Origin: a virus
Strand: one strand, 5' to 3'
Length of the DNA stretch: 64,000 nt
IMG/VR virus record: IMGVR_UViG_3300035242_000035
Location: 17,073 to 81,072 of that record
Part shown: in pieces, positions 63,138 through 64,000 of the stretch
How the letters are laid out: each line of letters starts with the position of its first letter
Position numbering within the stretch: the stretch's first letter is position 1
The notes under the pieces: model-generated
Seen by the model: only the letters and a program-made list of their open reading frames with translations
Told to the model about the DNA's origin: nothing
Database searches by the model: none
Made by a program: the position numbers and the translations under genes

Positions 63138-63783
63138 TGGACTACTACACCGGCCAGACCCGCGGCAGGCGCACCATCGCTCTCTGCAATGAGTTCGGGT
63201 TCGGCGAGACAACGCAGCCCTTTGATTCGTGGCCGCCACGCCGCTCGGTCTACCTGTGGGACAGCGGAGAATTCCACCGGTGGGTGCACGAGGTGCCGCT
63301 CGATGAGGCATGGGATACCAAGGTGCTACGTCACGCCTACCGGGCCATCGACCTCACCGGGCTCGGGCACCCTCCGGACCTGGTGGTCCTCCCCGACATC
63401 GTGGCCGGCGGCGAGGCGAGCTTGGTGCGGAGTTCGCGGTGGACGGCTCTCCTCCGGCGAACCGGGGGGGGCTGCTGCTCCCGGTGCAGGACGGCATGTC
63501 GTCGGAGCGGGTGTGGTCACAGGTCGAAGCGGATGGCCTCGCTGGGATCTTCGTCGGCGGGACCTTCGAGTGGAAGTGGGCGACATTGCCAAAGTGGGCG
63601 CGGGAGGCGCGCGATGCCGGCAGGCTCTGCCACGTCGGGCGCGTTGGCTCGCGACGCGACGTCTTCCGCGCCCAGGCAGCCGGGGCGACCTCGGCCGACT
63701 CCTGCCAGGGGCTCTGGTCGCACCACCAGCTGCGCAAGGTGCACCACGCACTGGCGCAGATGTCACTCCTGGCGGGGCCCTGA
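63137..63783 (+). pseudogene. TGT/DpdA-like TIM-barrel protein split by a G8 tract (63464-63471)
   Basis: YYTG, WDSG.F, VLPDIVAGG..SL in one frame; VQDG, IFVGGT.EWK, HVGRV, ATSADS in the next. Confidence 0.65.
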
Positions 63784-63820
63784 TATTCCAGCGCCTGCCC
63801 GGAGTGATGGTGGGCGGAGA

Positions 63821-64000
63821 TCATCTCCGTCTCGGGCCGCCGTGGACCTCCTCCGCGCGCACCCGGTTGCAGAAGTCCACCAGAGCAGCGGAGCTCTCAG
63901 GGCGGTCACGCCCGCCATACCATTGCCACCGGCGCAGCTCGGCGCTCATCGCCCAGGCCCACTGGTGCGCATCGCAGAACTCCTGCCGGAGCGGCGTGGG
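63821..64000 (-). CDS. 3' end of a hypothetical gene entering from the right edge
   Basis: Open frame ..QEFCDAHQWAW..DFCNRVRAEE..*. Confidence 0.4.
   Translation of the reverse strand, partial: PTPLRQEFCDAHQWAWAMSAELRRWQWYGGRDRPESSAALVDFCNRVRAEEVHGGPRRR

Larger units (their letters stand above)
1..64000. mobile_element. Tailed phage/prophage genome, podovirus-like, probable Myxococcota host
   Basis: Contiguous phage modules (recombination, replication, methylation, terminase, portal, capsid, tail, ejection). No host housekeeping genes; both ends are mid-gene. Confidence 0.93.

Overview
The whole 64-kb window is a high-GC (~70%) tailed-phage or prophage genome with podovirus-type structural genes. 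A Myxococcota host is likely, inferred from a myxobacterial-like GroES, a myxobacterial GH19 N-terminus, a myxobacterial Ser/Thr-kinase-type extracellular domain and sigma54/IHF promoters. Layout: (1) leftward early/recombination arm (ERF, YqaJ exonuclease, HNH, DUF4326, SAAx-repeat protein, RHH regulator; 1-7.4 kb); (2) rightward replication and DNA-modification arm (initiator with putative ori, DnaB helicase, DUF5131, RuvC-like, ASCH-like, DUF1643, Dam-type MTase, C5 MTase, SNF2-MTase fusion; 7.5-19.9 kb); (3) many small accessory genes (20-33 kb); (4) packaging and structure (TerL, GroES, RyR, portal, scaffold, MCP, tail tubular A/B, GNAT, ejection proteins, tail fibre; 33-59.8 kb); (5) a right-end cassette of Cys-rich lipoproteins, a membrane-anchored DNA-binding protein, an interrupted HNH and a frameshifted TGT-like gene. 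No integrase, intact endolysin, CRISPR array or reverse transcriptase is visible. The strongest novelty candidates are a ZnF-RHH-TM-kinase-sensor one-component regulator flanked by lipoproteins, a repeated enhancer/IHF/sigma54 promoter cassette, a three-copy palindromic operator-promoter, and stacked tail-fibre-tip/lipoprotein cassettes. All family assignments come from motif recognition by eye, not from database searches.
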